NCBI RefSeq assembly: GCF_000315625.1
Contig: NW_005434621.1
Coordinates: forward strand, 197,345 to 261,344
Reading direction: 5' to 3'
Origin: Guillardia theta CCMP2712
Taxonomy: Eukaryota > Protista > Cryptophyta
DNA: 64,000 nucleotides
Made by a program: the position numbers and the translations under genes. Below, piece by piece: positions 16,774 to 28,858 of this stretch (its first letter is position 1; every line of letters begins with the position of its first letter). The notes below the pieces were generated by a model. That model did no database searches. It had not been told where the DNA came from and worked only from the letters and a program-made list of their open reading frames with translations.

Positions 16774-19700
16774 TCAGAATTGATATCTCAGCACGCGGAT
16801 CTTGCTGATCGCCTGATGAATGCTCCTGTCTAGCTCCACCTCTCGCACCTCCCCCCCCTCCTCCTCTACCCTCAGCTTCCCCCCTACGTACTTCCCCGTC
16901 AAAGTCTTCCCCATCGCCCCTGTCGCCTGCTCTCCCTCCCTCCTGCGCCTCCTCATCAGTCCCCTCTCCTCCCTCTCCCTCCCTCTCCTACCTCGCTTGG
17001 AAGAAGCGGCTGTAGCCCGTCCCGTCCCGCGAGTGCACGTCCACGTACGACGATCGCTCTACCGCCAGCCCCCCCTCCTCCTTGCACAGCTGCTCCACCG
17101 CTCTGCCCATCCTCTCCGTCTCCGTCGACCCCTCCCCGTCCTCCCCGAGACCCGCCGAGAAGCACTCTCGCGCCACCCCGTCCTCCCCGACCTTGAGGTA
17201 CACGTGGTACGTGTCGTAGAGCAGCACCTTGACGCTCTCCGCCCTCGCCTGCTCCCGCCGCAAGATGCTCGACGATCGCAGCGAGTCGAAGTTGACCGGC
17301 AGCTCGAACCATGACAGCTTCACGTAGTCTCCCTTGCCCCTGCACGTCTCGGCCGGAAGCCTCGGGCGATCTCCGTCGGGAGGGTCCCCGTTGGGAAGGA
17401 ACTTGTCAAGTCTCTTGGAGGACTGCGGCGAAGCTTGCGAGGGTCCGGGGTAGACGGCTGAGCTGCTCCCGTTGAGCTCCTTGTCCTTTCTGGGCGAGAA
17501 GTAAGGAAACGAGAGGTTTTTGTGTCTAAAAACAGATCTGCTTGACGCCCGACGCTCACTGAGACTCTGGAGCTTGACCTCCTCTCGCTCCTCCTGCTTG
17601 CCCTTCCCTACCACGATGATGTCTGACCCCAGCATCGTCCCCACCGGCGACTGCCCCTCCTCTCCTCGTTGCCCTCCCCCGTTCGCTCCTCCATGCGGCC
17701 GCTTGGGCCCTTCGCTCCCGTGCCTCTCCATCCGAGACATCTTCTCCTCTATCCTTCTCAAGGTGTCGTCGTGCCGCGACATGGACGACTGTATCTTCTC
17801 CACGGCGTCGGTGAGCCGGAGGATGTGAAGGTCCTGGGGTCTACCTGGGGAAGGATCCGAGACGATCTTGCTCAAGACAGCTTCGATTCTTTCCATGTTG
17901 ACATTAAGAGTCTCGAGGCTAACGGCTTTAGTTTGGCGAAACGAGCTGGGCAACCCCATCTCATGCTTCCAGTGCGAGAAAGCGTTGTAAACAGGCGAGT
18001 TGAAGAGCTTCTTCAAGATCTCCCTCTTCGACTTCCGTGGAGTCTGTTTCTTCGACTTGAAGATCGGGTTGTCTATCTTGTCCACTGAGAATAGCAGCGA
18101 CTTGATTGCAAACAGGACGTCGTAGTTGAACTCCTGCGCCTCGTTCTTGATCGCCGTAGCAACCTTCGCCTCCCGTTAGCCCCTTCTTCTTCTCCCCTCC
18201 CCTCCTTCTCCCCGTCCCCCCCCCCCTCCCCCTCTCCTCTCCCTCCCCTCCCTCTACCTTGCGATGCACATAGTTCGACATCTGCGTCAGGATCATCGTC
18301 TCGAACTCTTCTGGCCCCAGCTCCTCCTGCGAGTTCAGCAGCTTCCGGGAGTCCGTGATCGCGTCCCAATCCTCCTCCGTCAGCGTCACGGGAGGGCTCA
18401 GCTTGAGCTTCTGATGTACCCGCCTGTCAGCGTCTACCTCCTCCTCCTCCTCCTCCTTCTCGTTCTCGTTCTCGTTCTTTACACGTCGTCTGCTGCTTTC
18501 TGTCTCTATTTCGATCCCTATCCTACCTCCCTCCTGTTGTCTTCTTCCTTCACTTGCTCATCTAGCATGTCTCCCTGCTTCCCTCATGGTTGACTTCCCC
18601 CCTGCCCCTGCCCCTGCCCCTGCCCCTGCCCCTGCCCCTGCTCCTGCCTCTGCCTCTTCTGTTCCTCTACGTCCTTCGCTCCTTCTACGCTGCTTTACCT
18701 TGAGCCCGAAGTTGAGCTCCTCGAGGTTGACTGACCCGGACTCGTCCAGGTCCATCTTCTGCTCCCACACGTGTGAGTCTGCGAGCCCACAAGACGCTCG
18801 AGAGCTTTTGAGCGACCTGATAGAGCTGGAAGATCTTCAACGACAGCTCCTCCAGCGTCGAGAAGTCCATCAGGCTTGTCACCAGCGGGTCCAGCGGGCC
18901 TGAGCCACGGAACGACTTGACGAGTCCGATCTGTACAGCACAGCAAGTCTCAATCCCTCCTCTTTTTATCAACAAGACTTACAATGTCCTCTTGACGCTT
19001 TGCTTTCTTCTCGCTGCGCTCTCGCTCGACCGTCGAGATGAACTCGTCCAGCAGTACAGCCACCACGATGTTCATCAGCACCTGGGATCTCTTGCTCACT
19101 CCTCGCCATGGTCTCTAGTCTTTTCTCCTCACCACGTTGACGATGAGAATATAGATCACGAAGTACATCGCAGTCTGTTCAGTGTGCAACAGCTTAGCTC
19201 CCTCCCCTCCTACTCTCTGCCCAGCTCGCTTCCTCCTCCCCTCATTACATTTGACGTATTCTCACCCCTCCTTTTCTCCTCCACCTCCTCTTACCCAGAA
19301 GTTGATGCGGTCGTCGTCGATAAAGAGTGAACGTGCAATCGACGACGCCCAGGAGTCGCCAGTCGCTATTTGAAAGAGGGTGAACATCGACTTCAAAAAG
19401 TTCCCGAAGAAGTCCTCGCTCCTCCCAGCAAACACGTTCGTCCCGATGATCGCGAAGATCGACGTGAAGATAAGCAAGATGCAGAACGCGTTCAGCACAG
19501 GAATGACTGCGTCCCCTCGTCAGCTCTCTCCTCTCATGCCCGCCTGCTCCCTTCCTACCCGAAGACGACAGGGCGTTGATCAGCACGCGGAACGAGTTGA
19601 GCATCCTGTCCCGCCGCATTCCAAGTCAGTCGCTATCCTCGTCCTTCTTGTCACATGTGCACCCCTACCTACGCCCGTCTCTTCCCCCATCTCCCTCCCT

Positions 19701-20912
19701 CTCTCTCCCTCTCTTGCTCTCTCCCTCGCATTGCTCCTGCTACTCTATCTCTCCCCACCTGAACACTCGTATCATCTTGAAGATACGAATCAGACGTAGC
19801 GCGCTCACACCAGGCACGCCTCGGATGATCTCCGAAAGAACAGTTATCATCACGACCACGAAGTCTGCATCCCCATGCGCGTCGCCCCTACAATGTCAGA
19901 TGACTCCCCAGACCCTCGTCCCTCCTCACCGAGGATGTTCCACCCATCCGATACGAACGGCCAGTACCAGTTGCTCAGCACGTTGACTACCAGCTCCTAC
20001 CTCCCTCGTCAGCGACCCCTCGCTTCACCTGCTGTACGTACAAATGCGAAGATGCACGTGTAGGTTATTTCCAAGGCTCTGAACGCTCTCGCTTGTTGCG
20101 AGCCGTCTGGAGGCTGCAGCTGCGCCGACAAGATGGCGCAAATGAAAGACGCCATGATCACAGCCGAGAAGAAGAGCTGACTTGCTGTGCTCGAGTAGAT
20201 TCTTCTCAGCTGCCTCTGTCGCCTCTCTAGCTTCGTTTCTCCTTGCCGTAGCTTTTCCTTGAGATAGACTTTGACAGCTTGGTGGATAGCTGTGATCTGT
20301 TCAAACACACGCCTTTAGCTCCTCTCCACCATCATGCTCCATACCCAAGTGTCTCGCTCATCCTTGCTCGATGCCAGCAGCACTGTCGACTTGCCCGAGT
20401 TGTGTCCCTCGGGTATGGTCGTGATGATGAAGATCTTCTCGTCCAGCTCGTCCTGTGCTCATGATCAAACCAGCGGACGTAGAGAGAGGCTCTCGCGGCA
20501 GACTCACGTCGTCTATCCTCAGAGTTGTCGATCGCTTGATACTGGCCCTCTTCTCTTCTTGCCGGACGGTCTCGTCAATGTTTTCTTCTGTGCTTGTCTT
20601 GGACACGACGGCCATGACCTCATCCAGCGGTATGTAGTCAATCACGTCCATCGCTCCGACTTTTCCGAGCAGAAGCTTGTCCTTGCTCAGACAAACTTTC
20701 CTGCGCTGCCATGTGTCTCCGATGGTGCTGTCGCGGCATTGCACAGTCACGGGATTGAAAGGGAGAGGAGGACAAGAATACCTGAGGACTTGCCGGTGAA
20801 GCTCTGCGATGAGGATGCTGTCGTCTTCGGAAGGAAACTGAATGGTAGGGATGGAAGCCTCTTCCTTCCCCCTTATTCTTCCCTTCCGGGTAGCCACATA
20901 CACAGCTGCCAT
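16774..20912 (-). CDS. Single-domain voltage-gated cation channel (PH-6TM-EF hand), copy 2
   Basis: Same exon structure as copy 1; pore FTLFQIATGDSWASSIARSL; ends ..IRVLRYQF*. Confidence 0.9.
18597..18640. repeat. (CCCCTG)n in an expanded intron of channel copy 2
   Basis: Read directly; absent from the equivalent intron of copy 1. Confidence 0.9.
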
Positions 20913-21635
20913 GAGGCTCCCACACGGCAGTCTACGTGCTTCTGTGAACTCGGTCTACAAGGTTCAGCTGCTCGTCACGGAACTTGCCCTATTCGGAGAC
21001 GGCGGAGAAGATTCCTAGACTCTCAGGGGTAACGGCACAACTTAACAGCTGTTAGGCTTCTTTTTCGTGATGGTAGAATTCTGATCTCAATGACGATCAA
21101 ACTAGAGTTTGAGTTGTGAGCGAGGAGCTTAAAGCTCAAGATGTTAGCAAGGAAATTGTTAGAAGACTAGAAGCTGCCACTACTGATGACTAGCTGCTCG
21201 ATGTCCCTCGCTTCACAAGTTCGAAACCATAAAAGAGCTGTGGGTACCGTGCCCGTACAATCGACCTTACTTTAGTAGGCAGAGGGGGTGGGGGTGGATC
21301 ATGAGGAGGCCTGACCGGTACCTTAGAAATATCTACAAGGGGTTCATGTCGGAATGGGGTCAACTGAGGGGTGGGGTCCTGAATAAAACCTTTTTACTAC
21401 CGTAATCTTTTGCATGAAAAAAAAAAAAGGCGAAAATGATCAAGAAAAAAAAGGTCAAAGTTTCAAATAACGGATTTCCGTTACATTCGCATGTTTCCGA
21501 TACTAGCCTACTCTATGTATTTTCACTGCGTGGCTGATCATCGGTCTTTTAGGACTATGGTGCATGATTGCTTCAGCTACGGACTAACGTGAACGCCTGT
21601 ACACAGAGAGAGGTCAAAACAACTCGATGAAATGT

Positions 21636-23519
21636 TCATTGTCCAAAAGAATTCACTGCTACTTTAGTACAACCCATCCCCCAAGAACCTGGGCTTCTGG
21701 TTTTCGGCCTGCTAGACTGTCAGAAAGGAAACCCTGCTACAATTCACAGGGAAACCTCCTCAACAGGAACCAGGCTGTCTCCAAGAGTCTTCATCTGCAT
21801 CTCCCTTCGAAGCTGCAGACGTTCGTTAGAGTTTACTTCGACCACGAACTGGCACAAGTACCTCCTGCTGAAGCCTGCTGCCCGAGGGCTGGACCATCTG
21901 TCTCTGGACCATCTCACACCCTGGAGTTCCTGCGGGGCATCCCTCCCTGAAGGCAACATCCTGCGGATCCCCTGCAAGTCAGAATCCTGAGGACGCAAAC
22001 ATTATCCTTCGACTGACCCGGAAAGGAGAATCTCTGCGCTGAACTTGCTCGAGGTGCTCGCGGGCAAGGTTCAAGCGAGCCATGTCACGTCTCATCTTCG
22101 AAAGCTCGCGACCTTCGCGAATTTGTCTTGATTCTCCGATGTGGGCCATTTGGCTTCGGGGGCTTGCGACTTGGGGAGAGAACTGACGGAGAGATTGAGC
22201 CTGAGCCACTCGCATGCCGTTGGATGCCGGATAAGAGGACATGGCCTGCTTGCGGACGGCCCTATCGATGTTTGCCAAGTAAGGCCTTCGCTCGCCAACC
22301 TGTTTGTCGTAAAAGTTCGCACGGAATTCCTTAGCCTGCCCAAGGAGTCAAAAGTGCACAAAGATTGCTATCGTTCGTACAGGATCTTCCATTTGCTCGC
22401 TGTCGATGATAAACTGGTCTGTTCCGGCCTTCGAGTTCTTGTGCTGAGGGGCTTGAGCTAGTGCTAACGTAAGACATTTCGGTACTCAGAAAGGATCAAA
22501 ACTACCGTAAGCACCCCACATCATGTTCTTGCCACGGCCCATCATTCCTTGTCCTGAGGGGTACGCCCCACTGACCATGGCTTGCCGACGCATCATCTCC
22601 ATTTGCTTCACTTTGTTGACGTAATCAACGTATTCCTGACTCGCATGTGTCAGACTACAACAAGAGCACATGAAAAGCAGGATGTCCATCACCTTGCGCA
22701 AAGCAGCGCTTTTCTGCTCCTCCTTCTCATATGTTGACTTGGCTGCTTGAGCCTGCACACAAACCTAACCAACCAACCAACCAACTTCCATCCGCCCATA
22801 CCTCCTCGTGGGTCTTCTGAAGATTCTGCTGGATTTTCTTCACCTCCTCGATGTCATGATCCAAGGTGAAGGCCGAGCCTGCAATGTACAAGTGAATATC
22901 ATCACTAATAGTCATGATAGCTGTGCACCAGGATTTCTCATATAGTCTTCAGGACGGAGAACCAACGGCTGCTTCTGCTTCGGGTCAACAAAGCTCTGCA
23001 GCTGCTCTGGGGAAGGTGGGTCCAAAAGCTCTGCAGACACAACATCGGGATTATTTCAAAGGCAGTCAAAGAGAAAATCCTTACCTGGATGAGTCCATCC
23101 CCCAAGGTGATTCCCAGGTCCAGCATCTTCAACGTCTTCATCTGACCCCTGCTCCACCAGTCAAAGCGACGAAAGGGAAATCATATCGCCATACAGCACT
23201 CTCTGAGTTTGCATAGAAGTCTGCAGCAGGATTGTCTGATTCGGGGTTGATGCTGATACTTCCCTCCTGACAAAAGATTCAAACCAGGAAATGTTATTGT
23301 CTCAATGAGAAGCTCAACCTCCATGAGAGACTTGGATAGATCGTTCTCCAAGATGGTAGTGTTGCGATGCGTGGTGAAGACAACAATGCAAGCCAGAAGG
23401 ATAGCCCCTTCAAACAGGAATCACAACAATCCTCTTGGCGCCCAGAACAATACAAACATACCGCAGAGAGTAGCAGCGATGCTTGCCTTTACCCTCTTGC
23501 TCTTGTTTCCGTCTGCCAT
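21636..23519 (-). CDS. Hypothetical type II membrane protein, multi-exon
   Basis: Spliced start MADGNKSKRVKASIAATLCGAILLACIVVFTTHRN (basic N-terminus plus one TM segment). Several downstream GT-AG exons encode coiled-coil and Met/Gly-rich segments. 3' end approximate. Confidence 0.55.
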
Positions 23520-23683
23520 GGTTGTTGTTTCCTGCCTTGCAAAGGCACCTAATACGAAACATCACATTTCATGTATTTTCACAATTCCAGGTAAATGTGA
23601 TGGCTTCAAGACCCCTGGCTCACACAGCTAATCGATTTTGGCATTGTTCAAACAAAGACGACATCCGCATTATCACCACCGAA

Positions 23684-23726
<43 letters not shown>
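23684..23726. repeat. (CATCGT)n microsatellite
   Basis: Read directly from the sequence. Confidence 0.9.
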
Positions 23727-23727
<1 letters not shown>

Positions 23728-24421
23728 CCAGCATCAGCGTTCTGACAGAATGATGATGATGCACAGATTCCAATGCCTTATGCACCATTACTCTCATCGA
23801 ATTTGTTATTATCGGTGTTCGCTCTTATGCTGACTCCGTTCACCGCTCTCACTCATTCCCATTCTCCCTCTTCCACGCTCTTGAATCTCCTGCCTTTACC
23901 CGCTCCGTTTCCTAGTTTCCTCCCTCCTTCCCTCGCCTCCCTCCTCTCTCCCTCCTCTCTCCCTCCTCTATCCTTGCTCTCTCCCTCCTCTCTCCCTCCT
24001 TCCCTCCATCCTCTCTCCTCCTCTCCTCGCATGCTTCCTCACCGTATCCTTGCATGGCGATTGCAGGTAAACGAAGAGGCAGATGTTGAAAATGATTTAG
24101 CTTGATACTTTTAAAAAATAATCAGTTAGCTGAATGCAATGAACGGAATCTTCCCGGACTTGGAAATGAGGTGGGTACTGGGCTTATAAAAGAGGGGGTC
24201 GGGTCAGGAGGTGGGTTGTATCGAATGGAGGCACTCGATTTTCCGACGACCAAGTAAGGCGGAGATGCGCGAGGAGGAGGAGGACGAGGACGAAGAAGAC
24301 AAGAACGATGAGGACGAGGACGAGGATGAAGATCACGATGAGGAACATAGATAGTGAGTCTGATCACTTTGGGTGAAAACAGGCATGTGGATGCTAGATA
24401 AGATTCATGTAGATGCAGAGG

Positions 24422-24606
24422 ATGTCAGTGTTGAGATATCATGAGGAAGAACAAGAGAAGGAACGAATAGGCGAGGCAGAACAAGAGGATTCAGATCTCG
24501 ATGATTTGGTACAAAAACGTAGGTTTATCCTTATCTCAATGCGAGCCTAGCGAAACCGATTGGACAGTTTTAAACTTTTCCCAAGGAGAGAGTAAGCGGA
24601 GGATGT

Positions 24607-24642
<36 letters not shown>

Positions 24643-26609
24643 AAAGCTTTCAAGGGAAGGTCTGGTCCCTTATGACCTCTGATGCTACAGGTCTGTGGTT
24701 GAGTACGTCTGGATAGGAGGGGACGGGCCCCTAGACCTCCGGTCGAGGGCGAAAGTGCTTCCTAAGACGGTTCAGGGCCTCGAGGATATTCCCGATGCTG
24801 GCTTCGACGGCTTCCAGACAAACCAGGCTCCACCCGACTGGTGATTTGAAACCTTTGATGAGTCTTTCTGTGACGAGGTGGCTGATGCTATTTTCCTTCC
24901 CAGCTCGGAGGTCAGAATGAAACCCCGAGGTCGGAGCAACCCGCTGCTCTGCTCCTCCTGCTCTTGTAGCTGACTCGCTGCCCAGCTCTGTTTCAAGACC
25001 CATTTAGGCCCACCGGTCTGAACCTGATGGTTCTCTGCGACTGCTGGTTGCGAGAGCCATGGCTGAATCGCCAGGAACTGCTCACCCTGATTCGCAGGAG
25101 TCCTGACAAACGACCGTTGCCGTCCAACACGAGGATCATGGCGCAGCAACTGTTCGACGTGCAGCCTCAGGCCGAGCCTTGGTTCTCAGTAACGCAGGTG
25201 ATGGGAGGCTCCTGGGGCAGAGCAGAGGTCCTGACGCTCGCTCTAGGAGTACACCATCTTCAAGGACGGAAAGCCCCTGGGCTGGCCATCCGCGACCGCG
25301 AGAAGTTTTGGAGGTGATTTGACGTGAACGGCCTCCAGCTCGACCTGACAACAGGATTAAGGCCCCACAACGCAGCTGGGCTATCCCGGGCCGCAGGCGA
25401 TCGATCCTGTGTCGCTGCGAAGCAGGCTCTCATTCCCTGACAGGGTCCATACTACTGTTCGGCTGGAGCCGATGTCTCCTTCGGAAGGCAGATAGCAGAG
25501 GCGCATTTGAAAGCTTGTCTGTGCGCAGGTTGCTTCATGATTGGCTTCTGTCACCTGTTCACAACTTGCTATCTATCAAGGTGTCAAGATCAGCGGCGTT
25601 CATGGCCAACCGATGCCAGGACAGGTTCCGATAGATCTGTGGAGTTGTGAGTGCGTTTCCTCTAAGACGTGTTCAAACTTCAGTGGGCGTTCAAGGTCGG
25701 GACTTGCCAAGGGATTGAAATGGGGGATCATCTCACCATGGCAAGATACCTTCTGAACAGGTTGCCTTGAACGTAGTTTCGATTCCTTCCTTCACTCGCT
25801 GCCTGTCAGAGTTGGCGAACACTTCGGATGTGTAGTGTCATTCGATCCCAAGCCAATTCCAGGTGAAGCTGGACAAGGCTTTTTTCGATGCAGAATGGTG
25901 AAATCTCTTGTCAGGGGACTGGAATGGAGCCGGATGTCACACAAGCTTCAGCACGAAAGTTCGTCGCATCATTGCGCTTGCCCATCGTTCGTTCTTGACT
26001 GGGAAGTGTCAGGCGATGAGGGAGGTGCCAAATAAAGGAGAGGTTGGAGGCTTCGAGGAGATCAGGCTCGTGTATCCTTCATCTTGTGCTGGAGGTGAAG
26101 GGAATGCAGGAGGGGCATCATCAACCTCGAGAGGAAGCATCAAGTGAGTTGACTTGCACTAGCTCAATCGTCTGACAACCTTGAAGGAACATATCATGGC
26201 CTACGGAGAAGGCAACGAGAGGAGATTGACGGTCTGTCGTGTCGTCAGTCGGGCATGAGGTCTGATGGCAAGGCAGGGGATGCATGAGACAGCGCACATC
26301 GACACCTTCTCCTGGGGTGTTGGAAACTGCATGGCTCACATCCGAGTACCCAAGTACCATGAGGGCGTCGTGGTTCTCAACCCTAACCCTAGGATCGTCT
26401 TGCAGGTCAACTGAGATCGCAGGATGTGGATACCTCGAAGATCGCAGGCCGGCGTCAAATATGGTATCACCCCGCACCAGTGTCATGTACTCCCTACCGT
26501 TGCATCTCCACCGCCCCAGTCCTTTCTCAAGCAGCTTCTTGACGCTTTCATGTTGCAGGACCCTTATGTGGTAACTTCTATGTTGTTCAAAACTTGCTGT
26601 TTGGATTAA
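24422..26609 (+). CDS. Glutamine synthetase type II-like protein with a degenerate active site
   Basis: [82 protein letters not shown]. Junction phases are consistent from 24691 to the stop. The 5' junction (about 24591-24691) is not resolved. Confidence 0.9.
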
Positions 26610-26811
26610 AACAAGCATCACGCGAGAGATTTCGATTAAGCTGTTTACTAGAACGAAGGTGTATCAACATCTCGTGCAAGACAAGAGTCTTCACTGCGAC
26701 ATTTAAAAAGTTCGCACACTGAAGATGAAGATGAAGGTCAGAGCTGTGGAGATAGCCTCCGAAAATCTCTGTGACAGGCGGATCGGCACCACCAAGAGTG
26801 CTATGTGGCCT

Positions 26812-28858
26812 TCATTTCTTTAGAAGGTTGGCAAAAGGGTCATTAGAGGCGTTAGCTTGAGCTCCCGAGGAGTTCCCTGAGCCTCCCATCATCATCTGCC
26901 AGAAATCATAAGGCAAAAAATCGATTCAGGAAGTGACATCAATACTCACGCCTGAATTCATGCCCATGTTGCCCATGCCGCCTCCCATTCCCATGTTGTT
27001 ACCCATACCCATGCCGCCTCCCATGCCCATGTTGCCCATGCCCATGCCCATATTATTGCCCATGCCCATGCCCATATTATTGCCCATGCCCATGCCCATA
27101 TTATTGCCCATGCCCATGTTACCGCCCATGCCCATGTTACCGCCCATGCCCATGTTACCGCCCATGCCCATGTTGCCCATTCCCATTCCCATGCCGCCTC
27201 CCATGCCCATGTTGCCCATGCCCATATTATGGCCCATGCCCATATTATTGCCCATTCCCATGCCGCCTCCCATACCCATGTTACCGCCCATGCTCACGTT
27301 GTTGCCCATTCCCATGCCGCCTCCCATGCCCATGTTACCGCCCATGCCCATGTTGCCCATGCCCATACCCATGCCGCCTCCCATGCCCATGTTGCCCATG
27401 TTGCCCATGCCTCCCATTTGATTGTTGGGCATAGCATGACCCTTTTGTCCTGGAAATCCTCCTCCTTGCTGAGGATTGGGTGCCATGAGACCAGCGTACG
27501 GGTTGTTCACATTAGCTGCTTGACCTGAACCGTAGAGTGCCAAGATATCATCTTTGCTCTTCTTGGGATGTGCATCATGCGAGCCTCCAAAGTCAAAGTT
27601 GCCAAAGTCCGCGTTTGTTGAAGGCTGTGAAGTACCAAAGGAACCGAAGTCATTTCCTCCATTGCCGGTGGCACCGTTTGATGAGAAAGGGTCAGAGCCT
27701 CCGAAGTTGCCGAATGGATCTCCTCCAGCGCCAAAAGGATCTGATTGTGCTTGGGGAGCTGCTGCAGGGGCAGGGGCAGGGGCAGGGGCAGGAGCCGAGA
27801 AATCGAGCAGATCGACAACAGGAGCGGCAGCTTTTCACATTGTAAATCAAACATCTTTCGTCGGGAAACAAAAAAGACTAACCCGGTTTCGGCTGTTGTG
27901 ACGGTTGGTTAGCAGTGCCAGAAGACACATTCAGCTCTTTCTGAAGCTTCTGGGCAAGCTTGAAGTCTTCAGCCTCTTGATGCTTCTTCTTCTCCTGGAT
28001 GGCCAAGGAAAGTATCAGACGGGAATTTCAAGGATGATCGAAATCACCTCATGGGTGTCATTGGCTGAAGCGTTACCTCCCTTGGACCCTCCCACAGCAA
28101 TCCACTCCTTACGCTCGTACTTGGCCCGGATGAACTCCTCTAAATCCCTGAAAGCAACCAGCACCGTAAGCACAGCACAAGTATCGTGATAACATTCAGT
28201 TCACAACTTCTCTAGGCGGGCACTCACAAGGACGAGGTGTTCTCATTCGGTTTCTTGTAATGTCTGGTGTTGGTGTTGCCCTCGAAGTAAGCGTTGGATA
28301 CCTTGTTTCCTCTGGCTTTCATCCACTGCAAGGAATCCTCAACCAGAAGGCAAGGACTGAGAGGAAGAGGAGAGGAAGAGGAGAGGAAGAGGAGAGGAAG
28401 AGGAGAGGAAGAGGAGAGGAAGAGGTGAGGAAGAGGAGAGAGGCAGGAGGAGAGATGGGGGAGGGGTGGGGGGGGGTGAGGCGAGGCGAGGAGCAGAGAA
28501 ATTCACCTCTGCCCACTTGATCTTCCAGCCGTCAAGAGTCACAGACTTCACTTTGGAGATGTGAACACCGAGCCTCCTGTGGATCCCAGAGCAATTGAGA
28601 CAGACGAAGATACCAAGATTCATCGAAGCCCAACGAGGACCTGAAAGATGCCTTCAACCATTCGCGCATCCACAATCACCAGTTGGATTCACCCAGTGCA
28701 TTGCAGTCAGCGCAGTGCCGATTGTCCGGATTCTTGATGCATGCGTCCAGAATCTTTTGTGCCTTGTCCTTTTCTTGAGACGAGATCTGAGACCCGCTCA
28801 TGTTGAAGTCCGAGGGGTCAATGCCCAGTTCTTTCATATGATCTTCAGGAGAAGACAT
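26812..28858 (-). CDS. ArfGAP (SMAP/AGD5-like) with DLL/DPF motifs and a Met-Gly-rich tail
   Basis: [47 protein letters not shown] zinc finger; FIRAKYE; DPFG repeats; ends [10 protein letters not shown]. Confidence 0.92.

Larger units (their letters stand above)
11242..20912. repeat. Inverted (tail-to-tail) gene duplication with arms of about 3.9-4.1 kb and a spacer of about 1.65 kb
   Basis: 11242-15128 is the reverse complement of about 16787-20912, including most introns. Similarity stops at the ATG and a few codons before the stop. Confidence 0.95.

Noticed and set aside
11242-20912. Inverted duplication as a pure haplotype or assembly artefact
   Set aside because: The copies differ by whole coding patches, intron lengths and flanks, which is too much for alleles. 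Local consensus mixing is still possible.
26933-27421. Pro/Met-rich plus-strand ORF
   Set aside because: Antisense of the ArfGAP Met-Gly repeat.
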